In this document: in pieces, positions 8,646-18,410 of the stretch | Position numbering within the stretch: position 1 is the stretch's first letter | How the letters are laid out: every line of letters starts with the position of its first letter | NCBI GenBank assembly: GCA_036489375.1 | Contig: DASXFX010000078.1 | Coordinates: forward strand, 5,170-69,169 | Length of the DNA stretch: 64,000 bases | Direction of reading: 5' to 3' | Source: Candidatus Binataceae bacterium | GTDB taxonomy: Bacteria; Desulfobacterota; Binatia; Binatales; Binataceae | Notes under the pieces: generated by a model | What the model was told of the DNA's origin: nothing | Seen by the model: the letters and a program-made list of their open reading frames with translations, nothing else | Database searches by the model: none | Translations under genes and position numbers: made by a program

Positions 8646-9875
8646 ATGGAAAATGGCGCCGGAAAGAAGCCGAGGATGCTCGAGGGCGTGAAGGTGCTCG
8701 ATTTTTCGCAGTATCTCGCGGGACCCACGGTGACGCGCCTGATGGCCGAGATGGGCGCCGACGTTATCAAGATCGAACAGGCTCCCGGAGGCGATCCGTC
8801 CCGCATGCTGCCGGCGATCAAGAACGGTCGCAGTGGCTATTTCGTGCAGCAGAATCGCGGGAAGAAAAGCCTGTGCCTGGATTTCTCCAAGCCCGAATCA
8901 ATGGAATTGCTGAAGTCGTTGGTGCCGAAGGTCGATGTGGTGCTGGAAAACTTCGGCCCCGGTGTGATGGAAAAGCGCGGCCTCGATTACCCATCGCTAA
9001 AGAAGCTCAACCCGCGCATCATCCTGGCGTCAATTTCAGCCTTCGGCAAAACCGGACCGCTGTCGCACAAGGTTGGCTACGATCTGATTGCGCAGGGGTT
9101 CGCGGGAATCATGCACATGACCGGGGCCGCTGACGGACCACCGATGCCGGTGGGCCTCGGAATGGCAGACGTGAGCAGCGGGGTACATGCGTTTGCGGCA
9201 ATCGGTTACGCTTTGTTTCATCGCGAACGCACCGGCGTCGGCCAGCACATCGATATTTCAATGATCGATTCGCTCTACCACATGCACGAGGCGAATTTGC
9301 AGGTTAACTCGATAACCAACGGTGAGTTTGTGCCGCATCGCTTTGGCGCACATCACCCTCTCGTCTGCCCGTGCGGAGTGTTCAAGGGGCCGCAAGGCTA
9401 TATCGTGGTGCTCGTGCTGGATCGACAGTGGGCGGCGCTGACGCGCGCCATGGGCCGACCTGAATTGGAGAAGGACCCACGCTTCGCGACTAGCCCGGAT
9501 CGCGGGAAAAACCGCTTCGAACTGATTGCAATCATAGAGCAATGGATGGCGGCGCAAGGCACCGACGATGCCGTAATCAAGGTGTTCGAGGAGTTCCGCA
9601 TTCCGTCGGCGCCGGTGATGAGCATCATCGACACGCTGGCACATCCGTATTTCAAAGCGCGCAACATGGTACGCAAGGTTAAGGATCCCTTGCTCGGCGA
9701 AGTGACTATTCCAGGCTTTCCGCTCAAATATTCGGAATTCCCCGAACTGCTCGACCTGGTCGCACCGCTGCTCGGACAGCATGGCGCCGAAGTCCTCAAG
9801 GAAAATCTCGGATTGTCGGACGCACAGATCAAGGGGCTTACGGCGGCTGGTGTCCTGCACTCGGAGAACAAGTAG
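8646..9875 (+). CDS. family III CoA-transferase (CaiB/BaiF)
   Basis: 409 aa. LEGVKVLDFSQYLAGPTVTRLMAEMGADVIKIE and VVLENFGPGVMEKRGL are classic family III motifs. An AAGGGAG RBS precedes the start. Confidence 0.9.
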   Translation: MENGAGKKPRMLEGVKVLDFSQYLAGPTVTRLMAEMGADVIKIEQAPGGDPSRMLPAIKNGRSGYFVQQNRGKKSLCLDFSKPESMELLKSLVPKVDVVLENFGPGVMEKRGLDYPSLKKLNPRIILASISAFGKTGPLSHKVGYDLIAQGFAGIMHMTGAADGPPMPVGLGMADVSSGVHAFAAIGYALFHRERTGVGQHIDISMIDSLYHMHEANLQVNSITNGEFVPHRFGAHHPLVCPCGVFKGPQGYIVVLVLDRQWAALTRAMGRPELEKDPRFATSPDRGKNRFELIAIIEQWMAAQGTDDAVIKVFEEFRIPSAPVMSIIDTLAHPYFKARNMVRKVKDPLLGEVTIPGFPLKYSEFPELLDLVAPLLGQHGAEVLKENLGLSDAQIKGLTAAGVLHSENK

Positions 9876-9898
9876 CGGCAGGTCATCTGAGTATTCGC

Positions 9899-10615
9899 AT
9901 GAAGCCCCACGTTGTATGTCACATGATAGCGTCCTTGGACGGACGTATAGTTAGTTCGCGCTGGAACCTGTCTGCAGAGGGCCGCGCCGAGTACGAGAAT
10001 ACTGCCGACACCTACCAGGCGAACGCGTGGATGTGTGGCCGCATTACGATGGCCGGGTTCGCGCGCGGAGTTGGACCCGCACCCACCACCAACTCATCAC
10101 CTATATCGAAGACTGACCATGTTGCGCCGCACACGCAAACCTCCTATGCAATAGCGCTCGATCCGAGCGGAAAGATCTGTTGGGAACGCGCCGATATAAC
10201 CGGCGATCACATCATTACGGTGCTGACCGAAAAGGTATCGTCTGACTATCTGGCTCTGCTCCAATCCTGGAAAGTCTCCTACCTGTTCGGCGGGCGCGAT
10301 GCTCTCAATCTCGCCATCGTGCTCGATAAGCTCGCAACCAGATTTGGCATAGCAACGCTGCTGCTTGAAGGTGGCGGCAAGATCAACGGTTCAATGTTGC
10401 GCGCGGGATTGATCGACGAACTCAGTCTGCTGGTAGCGCCGGTTGCCGACGGCTCAAGCGGGAGTCCGGCGTTGTTCGATGTACTCGATTCGCATACCAA
10501 TGATCAGCCCAGCGCACGTTGGAAGCTGCGTTCAATGGAACGGCGCACCGACGACATCATGTGGCTACGCTACTCGATCGATCGCACCACCCAGCAGGAT
10601 AAGCGATCGAACTAG
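9899..10615 (+). CDS. RibD C-terminal domain / dihydrofolate-reductase-like family protein
   Basis: 238 aa. MIASLDGRI near the N-terminus and LLLEGGGKINGSMLRAGLIDELSLLVAPV match RibD_C-type reductases. Confidence 0.75.
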   Translation: MKPHVVCHMIASLDGRIVSSRWNLSAEGRAEYENTADTYQANAWMCGRITMAGFARGVGPAPTTNSSPISKTDHVAPHTQTSYAIALDPSGKICWERADITGDHIITVLTEKVSSDYLALLQSWKVSYLFGGRDALNLAIVLDKLATRFGIATLLLEGGGKINGSMLRAGLIDELSLLVAPVADGSSGSPALFDVLDSHTNDQPSARWKLRSMERRTDDIMWLRYSIDRTTQQDKRSN

Positions 10616-10631
10616 TCAGCGATCAAAACTC

Positions 10632-10665
10632 AAGGGGGCCGGTCATCGAGATGACCAGCCCCCTT
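10632..10665. terminator. hairpin between convergent genes (putative bidirectional terminator)
   Basis: AAGGGGGCCGGTCAT-CGAG-ATGACCAGCCCCCTT gives a 15-bp stem with one mismatch, flanked by A/T residues. Confidence 0.5.
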
Positions 10666-10689
10666 TGGGTTACGAACAGTGACGAACTA

Positions 10690-11811
10690 TCAGGCTGCTT
10701 TCGAATGCGCCGGCATATCGAGCGCTGAGGGCTCGACCAGGTCCGTGGTCTTCATCTTCTTGACCTCGGGCATTACCTTCTTGGCGAACAGCTTCAGACT
10801 GCGCTCGACTTCATCGAAAGGCATTCCGGCATAACTGAAGTTCATCATCACGCCGTTCGCGTCGATGGTGTCCTTGATGAACGCAATCTTCTCGATCACT
10901 TCATCAGGCGTACCCCACGGCATCAGCTTGGCGAAATCCGCCGCCGCGTTATCCATCCCACGCATTTCGATGTACTTGCCGACGTGGCTGTAGAACTCGT
11001 AGCTCTTGTGCGATCCAAAATGCTGCTGGGTCATTTCGTAATGGCGCATAGCCGTATGGTAGTAAGCGGTGATCCACTTCATCGCCATCTCTTCGGCGCG
11101 ATCCTTGTTCTCATCGACGAAGCAGAATCCGCCCGAGAGTGGCTTGGGTGGCGGCGTAGCGCCGTTAACCTCTTGCCATACCTTGTGGTAGATCTTGAAA
11201 TCTTCCTTGACGATATCCCACGGCTTCTGCGGGATTACGAGCAGGCCGACGCCGAGCTTGGCCATGATCGGCATGGACTCGGGCGAAACCGCAGCGGCGT
11301 AGCTCCGACCCTTGAAGGATCGCGCCGGAAACGGACGGATATCACGACGCGGCTGCTTGGTGAACTTGCCGCCTTCCATGTAGCCGTTCTCGAGCGCATT
11401 GAGAATCAGTTCCGCGTACTCGACGAAAAGACTGCGCCCCTCGTTCTGATCGAGGCGGAAACCTTCGTACTCGATTCGCGCGAGCCCGCGCCCGAGCCCC
11501 AGGATGAAACGGCCATTGGAGATATGATCGAGCAGAGAGATCTGCTCCGCCACTCGAATTGGATCGTGCCACGGCAGCACCACGACCATCGAGCCGAGCT
11601 TAACTTTGCTGGTCTTGCCCGCCATATAGGAGAGGAATTGGAGGACATCGGGGCACATCGTGTAGTCGTCGAAGTGATGCTCGACTGACCACACGGAATC
11701 GAAGCCGAGCGGTTCGGCCATCTCGCAGAAGCGTAGTTCGTTGCGATAGACCTCGGCGTCGGAGATTGCGTTGCCCGGGTTTTGAAATGCGACTCCGTAT
11801 CCTACGTGCAT
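10690..11811 (-). CDS. LLM-class flavin-dependent oxidoreductase
   Basis: 373 aa. MHVGYGVAFQNP, FDSVWSVEHHF and GRFILGLGRG are typical luciferase-like monooxygenase motifs. Confidence 0.9.
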   Translation of the reverse strand: MHVGYGVAFQNPGNAISDAEVYRNELRFCEMAEPLGFDSVWSVEHHFDDYTMCPDVLQFLSYMAGKTSKVKLGSMVVVLPWHDPIRVAEQISLLDHISNGRFILGLGRGLARIEYEGFRLDQNEGRSLFVEYAELILNALENGYMEGGKFTKQPRRDIRPFPARSFKGRSYAAAVSPESMPIMAKLGVGLLVIPQKPWDIVKEDFKIYHKVWQEVNGATPPPKPLSGGFCFVDENKDRAEEMAMKWITAYYHTAMRHYEMTQQHFGSHKSYEFYSHVGKYIEMRGMDNAAADFAKLMPWGTPDEVIEKIAFIKDTIDANGVMMNFSYAGMPFDEVERSLKLFAKKVMPEVKKMKTTDLVEPSALDMPAHSKAA

Positions 11812-11957
11812 GGGATCCTCCTTCCGCCGATCGCGATTGGATCATCCGGCCTTTCGATTAGCCCACGTATGACCGGCGGTTGTCATCCGGGACGCGTAAA
11901 TCGAGGTTTACTTATAGCAGCGCCGCGCTGATCCTGAATAGTCCGATCGATCGACGG

Positions 11958-12563
11958 TCATGCCTTTTGCGGCGAGAGCGCGAGGCCCGCTTCAGTCAGG
12001 CGCTCTTCGAGCACCGGGATGCGATCGTGGCCCCAGAAGGGTTCACGTTCGAATACGAAAATCGGCACTCCAAAGATGTTATCGACGGCAGCCTCCGCCT
12101 GCGCCTGCTCGTACGCCTCCACCCCGGCACCGGTCAGGTAATCGCGAAAGGCCTCCGGCGACATTCCGAGGTTCTGGATCAAAGTAACGACCGCGTCGGG
12201 CTGATCGGCCTCGAACTCCCGGCGAAAGAAGAGTTCGAAAGCCCTGCGACTATAATCGATGAGGCAGCCCTGGGCCTGGGCATAAAGACCGCCGATGAGC
12301 GCCGGCCGCGTATCGTAGATTTTGAGAGGCCCCCGGATCAATAGGCCCCGCGGCTTGGCCGAGCGTCGTGCGTCGAGATATGAGTACCGCGCCTTATATT
12401 CGGAATACTGACTGCGTTCGCCCTTTCCTTTGATGCGCAACTGGAACGGAATCCATCGCAAGCGGATGCGGAAGCGGCGCTCCAGGTCGAAGGCTGGATC
12501 GAAGGCGAGATAGGCGTAGGGACTCTTGTAGTCCGAGTACATTTTGACTTCCTTGAGGTCCAC
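11958..12563 (-). CDS. DsbA-like thioredoxin-fold protein (2-hydroxychromene-2-carboxylate isomerase family)
   Basis: YSDYKSPYAYLA near the N-terminus (SP instead of CxxC) and GVPIFVFEREPFWGHDRI near the C-terminus. I place the start at the GTG at 12561-12563, 5 nt after AAGGAGGG; an ATG at 12542 is the alternative. The ORF-track start at 12647 is probably too far upstream. Confidence 0.75.
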   Translation of the reverse strand: MDLKEVKMYSDYKSPYAYLAFDPAFDLERRFRIRLRWIPFQLRIKGKGERSQYSEYKARYSYLDARRSAKPRGLLIRGPLKIYDTRPALIGGLYAQAQGCLIDYSRRAFELFFRREFEADQPDAVVTLIQNLGMSPEAFRDYLTGAGVEAYEQAQAEAAVDNIFGVPIFVFEREPFWGHDRIPVLEERLTEAGLALSPQKA

Positions 12564-12785
12564 ATCGCCCTCCTTAAAAATGCTCGCGCGGTAGCGCGAG
12601 GCGTGCACGGCTGGCACCATCTCAGCAGTGCAGGTTTGATAGCGCAATTTGTAACGCGAGGCCTATATCGTCGGTCGCGATTTGGGTTGCACGATGCACC
12701 AAATAATTCAGAACGAATACCGCCTCAACCGTTCGATTGACGGGTCACGCCATGATTTCATTGAACTTTTCGGTATTTTTCGACT

Positions 12786-12801
12786 TGGCACGGTGCTCGC
12801 A
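12786..12801 (+). promoter_or_regulatory. candidate sigma-54 (-24/-12) promoter
   Basis: TGGCAC-GGTGC-TCGCA compared with the consensus TGGCAC-N5-TTGCW, with the GG and GC dinucleotides correctly spaced. It lies in the long non-coding leader upstream of the GT4 gene, and an NtrC-type activator is encoded in this window. Confidence 0.3.
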
Positions 12802-13080
12802 CTTGCTTGTCCAGATGAATGTCTGCAGCAACTCGTCGGACCATCGTTCAACCGTGCTCGATGATTTCGCGCCTGCCGCTGCAGACTTGGGCCACCAATG
12901 GCCGGTCCGTATCGCATGCCGCCCTCAGGCGATCAATAATGAGGGCGATTGCACGGCCCGGCAGTACGGTTCCTTCGGATACCTCGTTCCACGAATCCGT
13001 ACCAGTCACTTTAATACAGTCAAGGAGCAATCGCATTGAGTAGCGCCAGCACCATAACCAAAACATCCTCGGATAAAGCG

Positions 13081-14172
13081 ATGCCGCGCTTGCGCATTGC
13101 CGAGATCGCACCGTTGTATGAACGCATACCGCCCAAGCTTTATGGTGGCACCGAGCGCACCGTGTCATACATCACCGAGGAATTGGTGCGCCGCGGTCAC
13201 GACGTAACGTTGTTCGCCGCCGGCGATGCGCAGACCGGCGCAAAACTGCGGGCCGCATGTCCTCAGGCGCTGCGCCTGGCAGGAAAGCAGGAACTCGGAG
13301 CCTACTTGCAGCTCCCGATGCTTTCGGACGTCTATGAAAACGCCGACGACTTCGACGTCATCCACACGCATATCGATTATTGGTCCTTTGCCTTTGCCCC
13401 GTTCGTCAAGACGCCGACCGTCTCCACCATGCACGGCCGTCTCGATATCGAAGATCTGAAGCCGGTTTATTCGCGTTACCAAAACGTTCCGCTGGTCTCG
13501 ATCAGCGATTCACAGCGCACCCCCCTCCCGTTCATGAATTGGGTCTCGACGGTTTATCATGGACTGCCGCGCGACCTGCTGACCTACAGCAAGGGGCCGG
13601 GCAAATATCTCGCCTTCCTCGGTCGTATTTCGCCGGAGAAGCGGCCCGACTTGGCGATCGACCTGGCCAAGAAGGTCGGCATCCCAATCAAGCTCGCGGC
13701 AAAGGTTGATGTGGTCGATCGCGCCTATTTTGATTCGGTAATCAAGCCGCGTTTGTCGTCGCCGGACGTCGAGTACATCGGCGAGATCAACGAATCCCAA
13801 AAGAACGAATTCCTCGGGAACGCGCTCGCCCTGATGTTCACCATCGACTGGCCCGAGCCGTTTGGCCTCGCGATGATCGAGGCGCTCGCCTGTGGTACAC
13901 CGGTTATCGCGCGCCCCTGCGGGTCCGTACCCGAGGTCCTGCGCGATGGAGTGAGCGCGATTATCGCCACGGAATTCGACGATTTGGTCAAAGCGGTCAA
14001 AAACATCGACAAAATATCGCGCGAGGCGTGCCGCAAGGAATTCGAAACCCGATTCACTGCCGATGTGATGGCGGCGCAGTACGAGCGCATCTTCCGCGAT
14101 TTGATCAATGCTCGCCATAACGGAGCGGCGCCGCACGTGCGCTTCGAGGCAGGACAGCCGGCCGCGCGGTGA
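13081..14172 (+). CDS. GT4-family glycosyltransferase
   Basis: RIAEIAPLYERIPPKLYGGTERTVSYITEELVRRGHDVTLFA is a GT-B N-terminal domain, and the EPFGLAMIEALACGTPVIA motif is GT4-type. I prefer the ATG at 13081; the track start TTG at 13036 remains possible. Confidence 0.85.
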   Translation: MPRLRIAEIAPLYERIPPKLYGGTERTVSYITEELVRRGHDVTLFAAGDAQTGAKLRAACPQALRLAGKQELGAYLQLPMLSDVYENADDFDVIHTHIDYWSFAFAPFVKTPTVSTMHGRLDIEDLKPVYSRYQNVPLVSISDSQRTPLPFMNWVSTVYHGLPRDLLTYSKGPGKYLAFLGRISPEKRPDLAIDLAKKVGIPIKLAAKVDVVDRAYFDSVIKPRLSSPDVEYIGEINESQKNEFLGNALALMFTIDWPEPFGLAMIEALACGTPVIARPCGSVPEVLRDGVSAIIATEFDDLVKAVKNIDKISREACRKEFETRFTADVMAAQYERIFRDLINARHNGAAPHVRFEAGQPAAR

Positions 14173-16445
14173 AACGAGCTCGCGAAGGCGGCCGCGTCGC
14201 TCCTGCGAAGAGCCGCCGTGCGTCTCGTACACAGGAAGCCCAGGCCGTCCTCAAGGTCGGTTCGGCTTTCTATGTCTTGGCTTCGTCGCTGGGCTCGCGG
14301 AGGACCATACGAGTGCTGGCCGACGGTCACAGCTTTTCGATTTTCGATGCCGGCGGCGACATCCTCGAGTCGCCGCTGGAAGCGCTGGGTCTGTTCCATA
14401 GCGACACCCGCTTCCTGAGCCGCTTCGAACTGCGGATCGACGGCGAGGTGCCCTACTTCCTCAATTCGTTTCTGAGCGACGACAAGGCGCAATTACGCGT
14501 CAATCTGACCAACCCTGACCTCAACGTGCAGGGCGACACCATCGGACTCCCGCGCAATTCGATCCAGCTCGAACGCAGTTGGACTTTGGGGCAAGCCGCC
14601 TTGTTTCATCGCCTCGTAGTCCGTAATTACACCCAAGCTCCGATCAAGATTGACCTCGAATTTCGCTTCGGCGTTGATTTCGTTGACCTCTTCGAAGTGC
14701 GCGGCGTCAAGCGTGACCATCACGGCGAGATGCTCCCGCCTGAACGTCAGGCCGATCGCATCAAGTTCCTCTACCGGGGACTCGATCACGCGCTGCGCTT
14801 CAGCGAAATGCACTTCCTTCAGGCACCCACCAAGCTCGAAGCCGACCGCGCGGTATATTCGCTCAATCTGGAGCCCGACGCCCATTCCACACTCGAGCTC
14901 GGCATCAGCTGCGGTAATCTCGGCAACGATACCTCCGTCACCCATAAGAGTGCGGCGCATGCCGCCGCGAAACCGTCAACCAATTTCGATCACGTGTTGC
15001 GGGGACGGCATAGCCAGATAGCACATACTGCGAACGGTTGGGCCAAGATCAGCGCAAACAACCAGCTGATGAACTCGCTCCTGCGGCACTCCGAATGCGA
15101 TCTGCTGTCGATCATTTCGCACGATGCGGACGGCACCTTCATCATGGCGGGCATCCCGTGGTTCGCCACGTTGTTTGGCCGCGATAGCATCATTACGGCA
15201 CTCTCGGTGTTGCCCTTCGCTCCAGGCATCGCGGCTGGAACGCTGCGGACTCTGGCGCGCTTCCAGGGCACTGAGGTCAATCAGTCGCGCGACGAACAGC
15301 CCGGCAAGATCGTGCACGAGATGCGCGCGGGCGAGATGGCGGTGCTGCACGAAATTCCGTTCGGCCGCTACTACGGCAGCGTTGATTCGACGCCGCTGTT
15401 TTTGTGGCTGTTCGGACGTTATGTCGCGACCACGGGCGACCTGAAATTTGCCGAAGAACTCTGGCCGCACGTGGACCGTGCGCTCCGGTGGATCGAGCAA
15501 TACGGCGACCCCGACGGCGACGGCTATGTCGAATACATGCGCGAGACTCCGCAGGGACTTGCGAACCAGGGCTGGAAGGACTCCTTCGATTCGATCTCGC
15601 ACGCCGACGGAACGCTCGCGCGCGCGCCCATCGCGCTGTGTGAAGTGCAGGGCTACGTGTACGCCGCCTATACTTCGATCGCGCAGGTGGCCGCGCGGTT
15701 GAATCGCAATGCGGATGCCTCGCGCCTCGCCGATCGGGCTAGCAGACTGAAGGCGAACTTCACGCGTGACTTCTGGCTCGACGACGATCGCATGGTTGCG
15801 CTCGCGCTCGACGGCGACAAGAAACCCTGCCGTGTAATGTCCTCTAACTCCGCCCATTGCCTCGCCGCAGGCTTGCTCGATCGCGACCAGGAGTTGGCGT
15901 TGGGCGAGCGGCTGATGGCCGGCGACATGTTTTCCGGCTGGGGCGTGCGCACGCTCAGTGCCAAGGAGCGCCGCTACAATCCGATGAGCTATCACAATGG
16001 ATCGGTCTGGCCGCACGACAACGCGCTGGCCGCAGTTGGGCTCGCCCGGATCGCTGGCCGCGCCGGCTCATTAAGCATCCTGGGCGGCATGTTCGACTCT
16101 GCAGTCGAGCTCCACGGCGGCAGCCTGCCCGAACTTTTTTGCGGCTTTACACGCGAAGCGCGCCTCGGCCCGGTGCCGTATCCCGTTGCATGCCATCCGC
16201 AAGCATGGGCGGCAGCGAGCGTGATGATGATGCTGCAAGGCATCCTTGGACTTCACGTTGACGGCTTCGGTCGCCGGCTCGTGATCGAGTCGCCAGTGCT
16301 GCCGGAGGGCATGGGATCGCTTTCGATCAACGGCATCCAGGTGGGCGACGGATCCGCCTCGTTTACGGTACAGGGCTCGCCCAACGGTGCGACCGTCGCG
16401 GTCACTGACAAGCGCGGCCCGATCAGCGTTGAAGTAAAGAATTAG
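14169..16445 (+). CDS. amylo-alpha-1,6-glucosidase / glycogen-debranching-enzyme-like protein (N-terminal GDE domain plus (alpha/alpha)6 domain)
   Basis: 758 aa. GLFHSDTRFLSRFEL (N-terminal domain), IMAGIPWFATLFGRDS, EQPGKIVHEMR, GLANQGWKDS and YHNGSVWPHDN (catalytic barrel) match this family. The GTG start overlaps the GT4 stop (GTGA); the exact start is uncertain. Confidence 0.85.
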   Translation: MKRAREGGRVAPAKSRRASRTQEAQAVLKVGSAFYVLASSLGSRRTIRVLADGHSFSIFDAGGDILESPLEALGLFHSDTRFLSRFELRIDGEVPYFLNSFLSDDKAQLRVNLTNPDLNVQGDTIGLPRNSIQLERSWTLGQAALFHRLVVRNYTQAPIKIDLEFRFGVDFVDLFEVRGVKRDHHGEMLPPERQADRIKFLYRGLDHALRFSEMHFLQAPTKLEADRAVYSLNLEPDAHSTLELGISCGNLGNDTSVTHKSAAHAAAKPSTNFDHVLRGRHSQIAHTANGWAKISANNQLMNSLLRHSECDLLSIISHDADGTFIMAGIPWFATLFGRDSIITALSVLPFAPGIAAGTLRTLARFQGTEVNQSRDEQPGKIVHEMRAGEMAVLHEIPFGRYYGSVDSTPLFLWLFGRYVATTGDLKFAEELWPHVDRALRWIEQYGDPDGDGYVEYMRETPQGLANQGWKDSFDSISHADGTLARAPIALCEVQGYVYAAYTSIAQVAARLNRNADASRLADRASRLKANFTRDFWLDDDRMVALALDGDKKPCRVMSSNSAHCLAAGLLDRDQELALGERLMAGDMFSGWGVRTLSAKERRYNPMSYHNGSVWPHDNALAAVGLARIAGRAGSLSILGGMFDSAVELHGGSLPELFCGFTREARLGPVPYPVACHPQAWAAASVMMMLQGILGLHVDGFGRRLVIESPVLPEGMGSLSINGIQVGDGSASFTVQGSPNGATVAVTDKRGPISVEVKN

Positions 16446-16499
16446 GCGCGATCCCCGGACCCCATTTATGCCAGGTCTCGTCCTGGTGGAGCGGCGCAA

Positions 16500-18410
16500 T
16501 CATTGAGGTGGTACCGTATCCGTCGCCCTCGACGCGGGCACCGGGGATGCCGGTGTTCCAGTGGGTGCGGGTATCGGGGTTTCCGATAACGGCGACGGTA
16601 TCACGGTTGGAAGCTCTGGGCCTGGTTCAGCAGGCGAAATGCCTGGAGAAGCCGACGCTACCGGGGAAGGGCTCGTCATGTCGTTTGGCATAGCGGTTGG
16701 CGACGCAATCGGTGACGCCGCAGCCGGCGCACCTAAACGCGCTGTTGCACTCGGTGACGGCGATGAACCCGACTCGCTCGGCGTTGGCGAGACCGATGAG
16801 ATGGGAGTCGCCGACACCGTCGGCGACGCAGCCGGGGAGGCTTCCACCGTCTCAGACATCATCGGCGACGGAACTGACGACGGCGTTGCTATTGTTGCGG
16901 CCGGACTTGGCGATGGTGTCGCTGAGTCGGATGGAGCTGCCACGGGCGACGGTGTCTCTAGAGGCGTCGGAGCGCTGGTGCGAATCGCTTTTGGCGGCGG
17001 CTCCTTGTGCGGTTTGTGCGAAGTTTTGGGAGTTGATTTTGGCGATGGCGTCGGTGCCGCAGTCGGTACCAGGGTAGGTGTCGGCGAAGCGGTTGGTTTA
17101 AGTGCCGGGCTCGGTGTCGGTGAGGGTTGCAGCCATGCTATCGGCCAGTGCACCGATATCAGCGTCGCGGTATGGCCCGCACGAGCACTTTCCATGCTGG
17201 CCGCCGGCTCGAAGTCGCCTTTCGCCGGATCGAACAGCTCGGCGCTGGCCAAGGGCTTGTAGTTCGCGTCCCATCCGCCTGCGATCAAAACCTTGCCGTC
17301 CGGCAGCAGGCTCGCCGTGTGATCGTAGCGGCTGGCGTTCATCCGACTAGCCGTAGCGCGAAAGCTGCCGGTCACTGGATTGTAGATTTCCGCGGAACTG
17401 TCGCCGTGCCCGCCGGTGATCAACACGCGCCCATCGTCGAGCAGCGTCGCCGTATGGCCTGCACGCGTCTGCTTCATCTTCGGCCCGGGCGTGAATTTGC
17501 CGGTCTTCGGATTAAAGAATTCGGTCGTGTCGAGCGCTCCGCTGCGCGCGTAGGGACTGCCACCTGCTATCAACACCCGGCCGTCCTTTAGCAGCGTCGC
17601 GGTATGGTAGATGCGATTGGTGCTCATCGCGCCCGTCCGCGCGAATTTGCCGTTCGCCGGATTGTAGAGCTCTGCGACCGCATCACCGCCGCCCGCAATC
17701 AATACTCGCCCGTCGGGGAGCAACGTCGCGGTTTGCCCATAACGGCTTTCAGTCATGTCTCCCGTTGGACTGAATTTCTTGGTACGCCCATCAAACAACT
17801 CGGCCCCATCATCGCCACCGCCGGCTACCAATACCTTGCCGCCGGCAATCAGAGTCGCTGTGAGTTCGTCGCGAGCCGTCGTCATCGGGGCGGCCGCGCC
17901 AAAGGTGCCAGTAGCGGGATCGAAAACCTCGCTGGAGGACAGGATCGAAGGCATCGTCGGTCCCGGAAAGACGATCATCGGCACCAGCACGGTATCGACC
18001 CCGCCCGCAATCAATACGCTACCGTCGCGCAGGACGGCGGCTGCCTGACGATCGCGATGAGCGGTCATCGGCGCAAGGGTTCGGAAGGCGCTGGTGACCG
18101 GGTCATAGACCTCGACCGAATCCAGTACCGCCGGACTGTCGCCGGTCGGCACACTGATAGTGCCCGTGCCTCCGGTCACCAGCACCAGCGAACGCATCGC
18201 GACGGTGGGCGTCGGCTTTGGCGTTGGAGTGGCAGTCGGTTTGGGCTTCGCGTGATGATGGCGGCGCTGATGGTGACCAGTGCCAGCGGAGGCTCCAGCC
18301 GCCAACACCAGAAGCATAGCGATCATCACGAACGCGGTGCTCGTCGCCTTTGAGTTAACGGTGCGCGATCGTGCACCGCCCGTGAAAGTGCTGCCGGCTC
18401 TATCACTCAT
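16500..18410 (-). CDS. secreted Kelch-repeat (7-blade beta-propeller-like) protein with His-rich patch and long Pro/Thr/Ser-rich C-terminal tail
   Basis: 636 aa with an N-terminal hydrophobic signal-like segment (AFVMIAMLLVLAAGASA). There are seven repeats of the form [AE]-[ELV]-[FY]-[DN]-P-x-x-G-x-F ... H/TATLL-DGRVLIAGG. The last ~220 aa are PT/S low complexity. Confidence 0.8.
   Translation of the reverse strand: MSDRAGSTFTGGARSRTVNSKATSTAFVMIAMLLVLAAGASAGTGHHQRRHHHAKPKPTATPTPKPTPTVAMRSLVLVTGGTGTISVPTGDSPAVLDSVEVYDPVTSAFRTLAPMTAHRDRQAAAVLRDGSVLIAGGVDTVLVPMIVFPGPTMPSILSSSEVFDPATGTFGAAAPMTTARDELTATLIAGGKVLVAGGGDDGAELFDGRTKKFSPTGDMTESRYGQTATLLPDGRVLIAGGGDAVAELYNPANGKFARTGAMSTNRIYHTATLLKDGRVLIAGGSPYARSGALDTTEFFNPKTGKFTPGPKMKQTRAGHTATLLDDGRVLITGGHGDSSAEIYNPVTGSFRATASRMNASRYDHTASLLPDGKVLIAGGWDANYKPLASAELFDPAKGDFEPAASMESARAGHTATLISVHWPIAWLQPSPTPSPALKPTASPTPTLVPTAAPTPSPKSTPKTSHKPHKEPPPKAIRTSAPTPLETPSPVAAPSDSATPSPSPAATIATPSSVPSPMMSETVEASPAASPTVSATPISSVSPTPSESGSSPSPSATARLGAPAAASPIASPTAMPNDMTSPSPVASASPGISPAEPGPELPTVIPSPLSETPIPAPTGTPASPVPASRATDTVPPQ

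Noticed and set aside
12848-13168. 106-aa minus-strand ORF, considered as a possible transposase remnant in the long spacer before the GT4 gene
   Set aside because: I could not recognise any DDE or integrase motif in any frame. It also overlaps the GT4 start. The region is treated as a non-coding leader.
14976-16016. 346-aa minus-strand ORF inside the GDE-like gene
   Set aside because: It is antisense to a gene with strong glucosidase motifs, and its sequence is low-information and Arg/Ala-rich.
16561-17262. 233-aa Gly/Asp/Val-rich plus-strand ORF
   Set aside because: It is the antisense image of the Pro/Thr/Ser-rich tail of the Kelch protein. Its repetitive composition is a by-product of the complementary low-complexity coding.
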